Shown here: piece by piece, positions 14,797-26,426 of the stretch
Numbering within the stretch: position 1 is the first letter of the stretch
Layout: every line of letters starts with the position of its first letter
NCBI GenBank assembly: GCA_032718475.1
Contig: JAUCBJ010000754.1
Span: 1 to 64,000 of the forward strand
DNA length: 64,000 bases
Origin: Nemertoderma westbladi
Taxonomy: Eukaryota > Animalia > Xenacoelomorpha
Direction: 5' to 3'
Translations under genes and position numbers: made by a program
The notes under the pieces: generated by a model
Database searches by the model: none
Seen by the model: the letters and a program-made list of their open reading frames with translations, nothing else
What the model was told of the DNA's origin: nothing

Positions 14797-15924
14797 TAGA
14801 AAGCCAGCAAGCTGGCTGGAAGGAGCCCGAGGGAAAAATCCTAGCCAAGACTATTACAAAGAACTATGTCAGTCAGCAGTAAGTAAACTAAAATTGTCTA
14901 AACTGCAAGGCGTGAGGCTAGCTGACTTTGTGGCTCGCCCCACATAATAAAAAATGCAACTTAGCTACCACTAACAAAAATATAATATGAAGCAAATAAT
15001 TTCAATATCAAGAACGTTTACAAGATATAAGATGCGATTACCGAATATTTATAAAAAATGCCCATGATGCACAACCAGATAAATAACAACGAATAGAGCC
15101 AAATAACAAATTTAGTTTCCTTCTATAGGTATTACCCCGTCGTCAAGCGGAATATCTCTTCCCAGTGAATTCTATGTGAATATGTAATATAGGTACTCCT
15201 TAGGCGGTAGGCCAGAGCGGGATCCTTAAATACATGCAACTACTGTATTATAGTGTAGGTCAACTATAAAACATTTTGCAATCCACAGTGAGTATCGACT
15301 GCAATAGGACACAACACACTGCTTTGTGTAACTAAAATTCATTCTCCTGATCCACCCCCTAACATAGCAGAGTGAGTAACCTTATTGTAGATATACCCTT
15401 AGGAAGCACTGGGAGAGCAATCAGCTTATGGGGTAATACATTAGAAACCAACAGCTTATGTGTGAGTAAACATTGCCTTTCCTTATAGCCTACTAGTAAA
15501 ACTTGGCAACCAACACGTTTTTCTATGACTGTGTATAACAAATTAAGCCATATTTCATCATGAACCATATAGCCTACTAGTAAAACTTGGCAACCAACAC
15601 GTTTTTCTATGACTGTGTATAACAAATTAAGCCATATTTCATCATGAACACCAGCTGTTATTTTACCATTGCTTTTAATTTCGCGACAAAACAATGTCAA
15701 AAAACTAAATATATCGAATACCACACATAGAATCGATCTGAAATTTTGTAACGCAATTATGAACCACCAAAGCAATGTACTTGCAAAATTTCATCAAAAT
15801 CGCCAGGCAGGAAGTGCCTTAACCTAGATAATTATCAGTCAGTATGTCAGTCAGTATGTCAGTCAGTGTAATGTATCCTGAAGATTCTTACAGTAAGTAT
15901 CCCGCTGTCAAGCGGGCTCCTAAT
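14797..15924 (-). mobile_element. Non-autonomous Helentron-associated element (HINE / DINE-1-like) nested in the 5' LTR
   Basis: Absent from the 3' LTR (empty site GGAATGATTCG). Subterminal IR AGGAGCCCG 14821-14829 / CGGGCTCCT 15913-15921. Terminal hairpin AGCCAGC-AA-GCTGGCT 14802-14817. Stem CCCGCT-GTCA-AGCGGG 15901-15916. (GTCA)n-type microsatellite about 15836-15868. Internal 84-bp tandem duplication (15484/15568). Sits at a TT on the minus strand. Confidence 0.8.
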
Positions 15925-18551
15925 GATTCGTTAGTGCTATTATTCTCAATTGCGTTTCTCAATCAATCCTATCGATTACTGCTAATTACAACCGGAACTA
16001 TGATTTCTACCCCTTTTGTAAATGGTTCTATGTGATTCATTTCTACGCAATAATCCTAAGGGATTTTCTGGGACTATCAGACTTTGTGATTTGCATGCGC
16101 CGCTACGGTAGCTATTCAATAAATGGAGAGCTAAGGTGCCGGTAGGCGGTGGGCGCATCGGGGGGTTGGGCGACTAAGGGAGACCGGAGGATTCAAAAGC
16201 GGGCAACGCTGGCGGGGGGTCACCGTTGCGGTCGGGCGTTTCGCACTGTAGCATGCAGACCATTCGCCGGTACAGTAATTAGGGGGCTGATGATCCAGGT
16301 TTTGTCTCTATTTAGTATTAGGGGGGCAAGAATCGGGTTAGTTAGGAAGCCTAGATGTACCCGGGAGAGGCCTGCACGTATTACAGTGTGAAGTGTGGAG
16401 TACGAAGAGTGAATCGCACAACTGTGGGCTACACGGTAGTGAACTGCATAATTGCGAGCTGTGATTGCTGACGCTGATTGGTGTGTTACTGAAGTGTGCC
16501 TATGATTACGAATGCTTAGGTAGGCGCCTTTTCCCTTTGATTAATTTCTATTTCTTAGTTTACAACAATTAATTACTGATTAGGTCAAAGTAATACGGTA
16601 TTTTAGGCTATTACTAGCGAAACCTAGTGTGTAATAAATTAGAATTGCGCATTCTGGAACTCTTAGTAATTAGTACGCTGTTACATATTTGTGACTGTAA
16701 TTAGTTAGTGAAATTAAGAATTAGTACGCAGCATAGCGGAGAGTAGCTAAGGTAATAATTAGGGTACTGTAAACTATTCACACTGAGCGGTTATTTGCAT
16801 TAGCGGGCAATAAGCTAGATCGCATTATTCAGTACGCACAACATACTAGTAATTTGCTGGCCTAAAGCCAGCTGCAGGCAAGTTTAGACCCAGAGCGGTA
16901 TTACCCACGTAGAGACAAAATACTGTACCATTTTTGATTATTTTAAATATTCTCGCATTCATACATTCCGTTAGGGAACCCCCAGTATTCGAGATTAGAA
17001 AAGACGTAGGCATTATCGTATTTCAATAGTAAATTTAGGCATAAGAATACTCTGAGTGCAAAGCCTCTCGCACTCGTCTTAAGTAAGCTTAGGGAGCCGA
17101 CTCGGGTTTATTGTTTTGGTTATTCCCGCGTGGCTCATAGATTCGAACAGTTAGCTCTCTGTCGAGCGATCGGCAGAGAAAGGAACAAGCGATTTTGCAG
17201 GAGCCGTGTAAATTTAGTAAAATATATTAGCGGACGGCAGATTAGCGCCATCCAACGGTAAGTAGCGGTTTTGTATTTAGCAGCCCTACAATTTAGTAAT
17301 AGCACGCTCCTGATCGCCTTTACTTAACAGTAGAGCAGTCTTTGTGTCTTATTGGTTAGGCGGGAACTCATTAGGTTGGCAGAGAAGTATACGGGTATTT
17401 GTCTGTTCAACAGTTCTGCTGTTAGTATAGGGGTCGCGGTTGTTTATCAGTCATACGTGTGTTTTGTTTGCTGTAGGCTGTAGCGTACAGTAAATAGAGT
17501 ATTCTTAGGCTGTTAATTTAGATTACTGTATTCATTAGTCGCATGCAGTAGTACAGTAGTACATTAGTGCATTAGGCTGATTGCTGTTACTGCGTACGGT
17601 AGAAAGGACATTTGTTTTGCTGTACCATATACAGTATTCATTAGGCTGTTAGGTTACTGGTGTACTGTTTTACTTACTGTACTGCATACAGTGGATGTAC
17701 GGTAGTGCGTTTTTACTAATTGCGAATACAGCAGTTCCTTAGGCCTTAGGGCAAACTGTAATTAGTAAGTTTTTTGAAAATTTTAGCTAGGTTTGCGAGA
17801 ATTCAGTTTCGGTCAAAATTATTTGTAAAATCTAGAGTTTTGTACCGGTATGTTAGGTAACCGCTTAGTTATTTTATACCATCTGGAGGTACATGGCAAG
17901 ACGGAACTTCTGAGTTTGGGGTTCGTGTGGGTCTGCCGGTTCGGTTTGCAATCAGCGAAGGGACTGAAACTTTGGACGCGGACGTGGAATCTCACAGCAA
18001 ACAAGGTTAGTTGTTCTGTTGGCACCATTGTGTTTGTGGAAGCAGTAAAAAATTATCGGTTGTTTAACTGCGAAGCTGAACTCAATTTATTAGTTAGGTT
18101 ATTTAGGTTTAGCCGGCCATGGTTTTTTTGAATCGCTCAAGTTAGAGAGAGAGTTAGAGAGAGTCGCAACCCGAAGATGTAGCCACGCGCTAGTGGATAC
18201 ATATAATATTTGAAATTAAAATTACGTTGATTAGAGCTATATATGCAAAATTGGAATTATTTGGGTGGAAAATTCATTCTGAATATTTTGTATTAGATTC
18301 AGAAATTATTTTGTGTCATACCGGTATTTAATTGCTATAATAGCTATATAATAATATTTTTGTTTAAATATTGTGCTAGTATTTGCTATAACTATACCTT
18401 ATTAAATTCACAATATTGCATTGTGAATTTATTTGACATTTTGGACAATTGGATTTGACAAATAATTTAATCGTATTTCGATTAAATTATATATATATAT
18501 CTCGAACTTTTGCGAGATATTTTTGCCGGAAGGCAAAACATTATTTAGACT

Positions 18552-21500
18552 ATGAGTGTCTCAGACAAAGAGGCACTAGAGGACAGCTATGAGACGGCGG
18601 CTGGACCGCCGACTGACGATAGCGTAAATATTACTGTTGACGACAATGCCGACTATGACGACGCAGCGAGCGACGCTGACGTAAGTGAACAGGAGGACGA
18701 GACAGTGACTAGTGAGGAAGAACAACAACCTCAAGTAATAGTATTAGGATCCCCTACCGCTACTGTAAGGAAGGACTGGACAGCAGCCCGGACAGAGGTG
18801 AGTGATAGGGAGGGTAGTGTAGCAGAAGCGAGAGCCCGGAGCCCGGTTTCCAGACCTGTGGGTATGGTAAGTGCCGTGGTCCCAGCGGCTGTTAGAAGTA
18901 CCCGTAGTTCCCGAAATAATCCTTCAAGTCCATCAAGTGTGAGTCAGGTAAGCGAGAGAGAACTAGACATCGCGATAAAAAAGAAACTTCGCGCGCACGC
19001 CGGACATATAACTCGGACGACGGACAAGGTAAGGAAGATGTTAGCAGACTCAGCGAACATCGAAAGGGAAGGGTTAGTAGAGATTAGAAGAGGATATAAC
19101 TCAGCGTTATTCAAGCAGACGGAGGAGCTTGCAGTCCTAGCGAAGAAGGCAGTAGAGTCTCAGTCGAGCGACGTGGCGACGAGGATTTACGACAGGGTTT
19201 TAGCAGCCTTGTTGGAGCACCGCGAGTTATCGGAGCGATTCCGACGAGTTAGGACGGAGAACTGGCTGCTATGGGCATCACAAGCGCAGGCGACTCAGGT
19301 GAGTGATGCAGAGTTGAGAGACTTAGTAGAGCGGGAAGAGATCCAAGATAAAGAAGAGCGCCGTTATCAGAGGGAAGTTACTAGCTGGCTGATGCAGAAC
19401 GGAGTGGTGGTACCGGGCCAGGTGCTACCGACGACGGAGAACATTCAACAGAGGACGTTGACTCCACCCGACGACGCATCTAGAGACAGTGGCGATTCCC
19501 AGGTTAGTCACGCGCGAGGGAAGGTTATATGTGCTAGATCCCTTGTTTCTCACAACTCGGCGGAGGAGAGAAGACGCCGACTAGACGAACAGCAGGCGGA
19601 AGTTTTGCGTGCATCGGAAGCACGGAAGGAAGCTGAGCGGGAAAGGGAGCGCGCACGTAAGTTAGACGCAAAGTTGCGGGAGTTGGAAGACAAAGGTAAG
19701 CGTGAGCAAGCGGAACGTGAACGAAAACAACTGAACTCCAACTTGAACACGAACAGAAAGAACGCGAACTCCAACTTGAACGCGAACGGGAAGCGAAGAA
19801 ACGCGAACTCCAACTCGAACGCAAACAGGAAGCGAAGAAACGCGAACTCCAACTCGAACGCGAACAGAAAGAACGCGAACTCGAACTTGAACGCGAACGT
19901 AAGGAACGCGAACTCGAGATCGAGAAGGAGCGACAGATGTTGTATGAAGAAAAGGCGCGACTGGAAGAAGAGAGCATAGCGAGACGAGCGAGGGAAGAAG
20001 AAGAGCGTAAACTGGCGCAGTTGGAAAGTGCGAGATTAAGTTTAGAGAGCGAAGAACGGACTAGGAAGGCGAACGAAATCGCCGAGAAGGGGATGAGAAT
20101 GATTGAAGAATGTGGGGCGAGTGTAGGGACCGAGTTGCGAGAACTGTTCGCACTGCAGAAGGCCGAAAAGGAAGCAAGAACTCCGACCATACGCGAGTCG
20201 ACGACGACCAGAATTCCTATACCCGGTCTAGCTATTACGAGTACACGGATCGCTAAACCATTCTCTACATATCGCACGCCAGTTTGTATTAGTGCTTCAC
20301 CCATCGCCCAGAATCCACGGCATCAGAACACCGCACCACTATACACCGAACGCGACAACGAAGAATTTAGAGAAGAAACTCTGACGGGCCGAGTATTGGG
20401 CGAACCGAACCCGCGGGTTTGGAATACGCGGACGGAACACCGACCCAGTTCGACGGAGAACTTCCGGGTTAAACCGGAAGAGGGATCATATGAGAGACAG
20501 CGGATTACTCAGATAGAGCCGACTATACAACAGACCCTAGCCAGGAATTTATTACGAGGGATGAGTTAAGTGCTAGTTTAGCGCAAGCTATATCGCCGCA
20601 CATCCAACCTATAACGGACATGCTTAGCAACCTACGGTTAAAGGAAGCAGCCCAGGTAAGAAGTAATTCTAATCCTAGCAGGCCTGAGTTAGACAAAGTC
20701 CAACCTAGTCAACAAGTACGTATATCGGAGGAAACTATACCACATAGACCTCAGGTAAGGACGCCTGTCCCGAATATTCATAATCCCAATTTCGAAAACT
20801 CAGCCGAGAAATTTATTCAGGAGGCTTGGGTCAGGGCCTCAGCACGCAAACCAACACGAGCGCTAAGGACTGACACCGAGTCAAGCGATGAAGAGGAAGA
20901 CATGAGGCGTCAGAAGTCCCGAAACTATAAGGAAAGAAGGACGGATGCGGAGCAGGTAAGTCTCAACCACCGGGAAAGGACCAGACTTAACAACCCTGCG
21001 GAACTAAACCATTTGTTAACCCGGAACGACGCAACCCTTAGGGACATAGGTAAGTTTGCTGCTAGGCAAGGACTGCCGACGCAACAACCCCAGAAGTTTA
21101 TGGGTAACCATAAGCATTGGAGAACGTTTAAAACCTATGTCGACGGGCAGCTAACCAACAGCACCTTTACTCCCAACGAGAAGTTCAACTATTTGCTTCA
21201 GATGCTCCATCGAGAACCTAGAGCCATTGCTGATAACTTCGTCGGCAATGAAAGAGCATTCGAGTTAGCAATGAAGATGCTTAGTGACATCTACGGGAAT
21301 AAAACCAAGATGGCGCAGTCGATAGTAGAAGACTTGGGTAAGGGCGGAAGGATTACAACTCCGTTAGAGCTGTTGAACTTAGCGAACGCTATTTCGAACG
21401 CATTGGACATCTTGAGGACGGTGAATCTACCTCATCATGGTGATCACGCCGAAGTTTTGAAGAGCGTAATAAGACGTCTAAACATGCGTTACAGACAGAA

Positions 21501-22626
21501 ATGGCGCAAATTAGAGAATAAGTTAGAGGACCAAGGTAAAGTATTGACACTTCAGCATATTCATGACATGATAGCCACAGACGCAGTAGCAGAAATGAAA
21601 TCAAACTTCTCGGAGGAGAATATGAGAGAGTCTAAACCTGTTACCGGTAAGTCTATGGTAAGTTTTGATGATGACAGGACCACTGTGACATTTAACTCAG
21701 TAGACAGATATAATTCGAGTACCCCAGCCTTTAGATCAGACTCGCGAGTATGGTCAGGTGAGCGGTTAGATAGACCTAGGTTAAAGCAACAGGAGTTGCC
21801 GGATGGATTTGTAGGTTGCCAATACTGTTTACTAAAGGAGGTAAGATCTGACGACCATAAGTTAGATAGTTGCAGACGGTTCAAAAAATTAAATTCGGAA
21901 CAGAGAAGAGTTCAAGTGCGGACGTTGGACACCTGTTGGGCATGTCTTGCGCCAGGTCATGTACGGCGGCAGTGCCCGAACAGCAAGGACGGATGCATGG
22001 AATGCGGCAGACTACATCACAAGTTGCTACATGCGGATTTCCATACCCCAACGGACCGTTACTTACAGCGAAATCCTCACAGGAAGGGGAGCAAAGAACC
22101 CGTATCGATAAGAAGGAATACGTACACTGGCATCCAGGACGATGGTTACCAACCAGGTTCGTCGGATGAGGATGGCGAGTCGAGCGCGAGAGAAGTGACC
22201 TGCCAAGGTTTCACCGCGGATAGTTCATCGACCAGCGTGCGGACGTATTTATCATCGGCCACGTCGGAAATATTTAGCGTGATTCCGGTGAAACTCACTG
22301 GAGATAAGGGATCGAAGCGAATATATGTGATGTTGGACACTGCGTCCACATTATCTTATATCGACGAGGAAGTGGCGAGAGCCGTTTCCAGCTTCCAGGA
22401 CGCAGAGGAGATCCAAATAGAGTTGAAGTCTATGCACGGGGTAGGAGACCTCAAGGGACACAGGATATCTGTAGAACTAGACTCCCTACTTCCGAGAGAC
22501 CAACACACTCGACAAGAACGGAAAGCTTTGCCATTGAACGGATTCAAGTGTCTAGCTATGAAGGGATTCGGCAGGCAGTTAGGTAAGGTGCCGCCGATGA
22601 GTTCCCATAGCACAGGAGTATTTTGA
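18552..22626 (+). pseudogene. gag: BEL/Pao gag + aspartic protease, broken by frameshifts (ORF pieces 18552-19979, 19937-20569, 20620-22626)
   Basis: Coiled-coil N-terminal region. DUF1759-like segment KFMGNHKHWRTFK...EKFNYLLQML. Three Cys/His motifs CQYC..H..C, CWACLAPGHVRRQC, CMECGRLHHKLLH typical of BEL/Pao. Protease motif MLDTASTLSYI. Confidence 0.88.
19730..19925 (+). repeat. Short coding tandem repeats in gag (ELQLERE-type, GAACGCGAACTCCAACT units)
   Basis: Visible 30-36 bp imperfect repeats. They read ELQLERE.. in the frame of the downstream 19937 ORF, placing a frameshift near 19725. Confidence 0.7.
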
Positions 22627-22672
22627 CAAGCTCAGGATACCCAGACACCAGGTAGGTTATAGGAATGTTTCT

Positions 22673-25600
22673 ATGTTGATTGGTGCAGAACAGCTGATCG
22701 CACACCAAATATGGGAAACGAGACCAGCTGAGCCGCATGTCAATGGACCGCATGCCCATAGGACTATATTAGGTTGGTATACAAGAGTACCCATGTCTTA
22801 TGAGTTTACAGGTGGCGACAAGCCAATGGACAGATACGACGAATTACAGCCTATAACTCAACCACCGTTAGTAGAACCACCAGACATAGACGAGTTTAGG
22901 AGAACCTGTATTGACCACTATAGTGACTTTAGCGAGTCGGACGAGGAGTTGATTCCCGATAATGTTAGGTTGTCGGAACCACTTCACAATGACCGGACAG
23001 ATAGTGAACCCGAGGACTACTGTTATCAGACCCGTGGGTCTGGTTCAGCGGCCCACGCTACCTATTTGAGTAACGTTTTGACTTATACCGACATAGTGGA
23101 GGGTCAAGTGGCTAAATATCGAGACCTCGACATTTTCCAATACAGTGAGGAGGAATTACAGAAGGAATTGATACGCCAGGACCTCGAGACAGGAGCCAGA
23201 ACCGTCGAATGGCTGGATAGGGACGCAATGGAACCCGGTGGATATGACTTAGCCATGTCCACTGATGAGAAACGGTCGCTGGAGATGATGGAAGACACCA
23301 TACGTCTACTACCGACTGGACATTTTGAAGTTGGAATGTTGTGGCGTCGACAACCTCCTAAGTTGGAGAACAACTACAACTTAGCCTTGAAAAGATTGAA
23401 CGGAGTAAGGGCTCGGTTGTTGAAGAATCCGGACATTAGGGAGAAGTATTGCGCCCAGATCAACAACTATTTCGCCAAGGGATTTGCTGGGAAGGTAGAG
23501 GACCCTGACTTAGTGACAGACCAGACTTATTACCTTCCACACCACTATGTGACTCACCCTGACAAACCTGACAAAGTCCGAGTAGTCAACGACTGCGCAG
23601 CAGTCTATAGAGGTATGTCCCTGAATTCAGAGTTGATGGATGGTCCCAACCTGAATAATTATTTGATTGGAATACTGTTACGTTTTAGACAGCGGCGATT
23701 CGCATTTACTTGTGACATCGAGGCGATGTTCCACCAGGTAAGAGCCTGTAAGGCAGACCAGGATAGCCTTCGCTTTCTCTGGTATGAGAATGAAGACTTA
23801 TCCGGCCCAGTGGTTATATACCAGATGTACGTTAGGATATTTGGCGCCCGCGATAGTCCAAATGGCACGCTGTTTGTTTTAATGAAAACGGCAACAGCCC
23901 AGATTGGTAAGTATCCAGTAGAGGTGATCGAGTCCATCTTGAGAAACTTCTACATGGACGACGGATTGGTGTCCAAGGACACGGCGGAACAAGCCATAGA
24001 AGTGGCTCATGGCCTACAAGAGTGCTTGGCTACAGGGGGATTTCCTCTGACCAAGTTCACTACTAATTCGGAGGCCCTATTAGAGTCATTCCCGGTGAAA
24101 GATCGCGGGAGCGGAGACATTGAATTGGGGGTAGAACCAATCCCCATGGCGCGAGTACTGGGATTCGCTTGGAATCCGAACACTGACAAGTTCCAGGTAA
24201 GAGTTAGGTTTGAGCCCAGTAGCCCAGACAAAGTTTTGACAAAGAGAATTTGCTTATCGACATTAAGTAGACTATTTGACCCGATGAACTTTATCAGTCC
24301 GGTAATATTACAGGCACGAGCGTGCATGAGGAAAATTTGGTTGTCCGACATAGAGTGGGACGAACCAATATCTCCTATACATGCAAAGCAGTGGAGGGAG
24401 TGGGAAGCCGAGTTACATCTATTGAAAAACATAGATGTACCCCGTTCCTACTTTCCGAATCAGCTGGTATTTCCAGCTGATCTCGAACTCCACTTATTTA
24501 GTGACGCAAGTGACACCGGCTTTGGTATGGTAGCCTACCTTCGCCGAGAGGTAAGTCAGGACAAGTTTGAGACGGCTTTTGTGACTTCTAGATCAAAGAC
24601 AATGCCGGTCAAATACATGACTGTCCCTCGTGCAGAGTTACAGGCGGCTGTAGTTTCAGTCGAGGTAAGTAAGCAGATAACTGAGGAGTTAGATACGACA
24701 TTGACCTTATTCTATTGGACGGACGCATCCTTGGTGTTAGTATACATTGCGGCCGACAATATTGCACTAAAGACATTTGTGGCCAATAGACGCGCTCAGA
24801 TCGTCGACTTTTCGACGAAGGAACAATGGAGACATTGTCCGGGAGTGTTAAACCCGGCCGACATAACTTCGAGAGGTGCAATGCCGGCGGAATTCTGTCA
24901 GGAAGAGTCGCAGGAGTTTTGGTTGCATGGACCTGATTTTCTAACGAGGACACAGGAATATTGGCCAGAGCGACTAAAGATAGTGACCAATCCGATGCCT
25001 GAAGATGCAGAAGTCAAGGTGGAGAAAGTCTCTAAGTCGAAGTCTAAAGCCAAACTTAAGTCATTGGAGCAGCCTGAAGAGTCATTGGAGCGGCCTGAAG
25101 AGTCATTGGAGCGGCCCGGAGACCTGTCAGACCAACAGACTTACGTAACTACTAGGTCCGGAAGGGTAAGTTATGACGTAAAACCACCCTTACAGACTAA
25201 ACCAGAGTCACAGTTGGTAAGTGACGGACAGAAAATGACCGACACAATGGATCCTTTGGTTTCCAAACCTGCGGGTTTGGATTCGAAACTTCCATTAGTT
25301 AGCGGACAACCGTCGCTGGCATTAGAGCCATGTAGTATTTATGACAAATTACTAAATTCGTCTGCCTCTTGGCTGACAATTTGTAAAAGAACTGCGTGGT
25401 TAAGCCGATACATTTCGTACCTTTGTTTAAAACATTCGGAACATTTGAGAGAACCATCGAGCACCAATAGTGAGCGAATTCAGAAATTGAAACAACCTCT
25501 GACAGAGGATGAGATTGATCAAGCGGAATTAAAGCATTTGAAGCACTATCAAATGTGTGCCTTCCCCAAAGAATTCCATCTATTATCGGCTCAACGACCA

Positions 25601-26221
25601 GTTCTCTATAAACCCCTTAGAAAATGGAGTCCATTAATCCATAAGGGTTTAATTTGTCATAGATCGAGAATCCAGACTGTCGACATAAACTCACAGTTTA
25701 GGTTCCCAGTGATAATCCCTAGTCATCCAATAGAATTGCAAAGAGCGATTTTATGGGATATACACAAGAGGTTGCATCACGCGGGAAGGTTACACTGTTT
25801 GTCGACAGCGAGACAGTGATTCATTCTATTGCAGCCAAGCAGGGCAGTAGGCACTATGTATGACGCCTGTCTGGTTTGCAAGAGAGTGAACGCCAGAGTA
25901 TTGGAACAGGAAATGGCTGAACTCCCGGAAGCGAGAGTGCAGGCATATGACCCACCCTTTACGAACACAGGGGTGGACTGTTTTGGTCCGATTGAAGCAA
26001 AGAGTGGACGGCTGACCCACAAGCGATGGGGTCTGCTACTGACATGCATGGCTAGTAGAGCCATACACATTGAGCGTGTGGCAGACATGTCGACCAAATC
26101 TCTGCTCCTGGCCTTAAAGAGATTTATGGCCAGGAGAGGACTAGTAAAGGCGTTTTACTCTGACAAGGGTACAAACTTTGTCGGAGGGAATAGCGAGTTG
26201 AACGCGGCTCATAAAGTTTGA
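22673..26221 (+). pseudogene. pol: BEL/Pao pol: reverse transcriptase, RNase H (Peptidase_A17-type region), truncated integrase
   Basis: RT motifs YYLPHH, CDIEAMFHQ, FYMDD. RNaseH motifs LHLFSDAS, PRAELQAA, YWTDA, NPADITSRG. Integrase HH-CC (HKRLHHAG..CLVC), GVDCFGP, YSDKGTNFVG. In-frame TGA at 25817-25819. Similarity is lost after about 26220. Confidence 0.93.
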
Positions 26222-26426
26222 AAGTCAGGAATGTTTGACTAGCAAGTGCATTCAAATTCGCGCAGCCGATGGTGTGACTCATGTGTTTATGCGCGTGAGG
26301 GCGGATCGAGAGAGACCGGAGCCCATCATAACGACACAATATCGGAGGGGGAAGGATCCTAGGGAGCAGATTTTGGAGGTATGCAGGCGAGGAGGTATGC
26401 ACTGAGCGGAGCGTATCGACGCCAGG

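Larger units (their letters stand above)
14097..17449 (+). repeat. 5' LTR (about 2.2 kb native sequence plus a 1128-bp nested insertion)
   Basis: Aligns by eye to 28950-32808 over its length except 14797-15924. TG...CA ends. Confidence 0.93.

Noticed and set aside
16149-16391. 80-aa ORF repeated at 29874-30116
   Set aside because: It is duplicated only because it lies within the LTR. GTG start and no recognisable motif.
25060-25120. 21-bp triplication (SLEQPEE/SLERPEE/SLERPGD) in pol
   Set aside because: Small in-frame slippage in the variable linker between RNase H and integrase; unremarkable.
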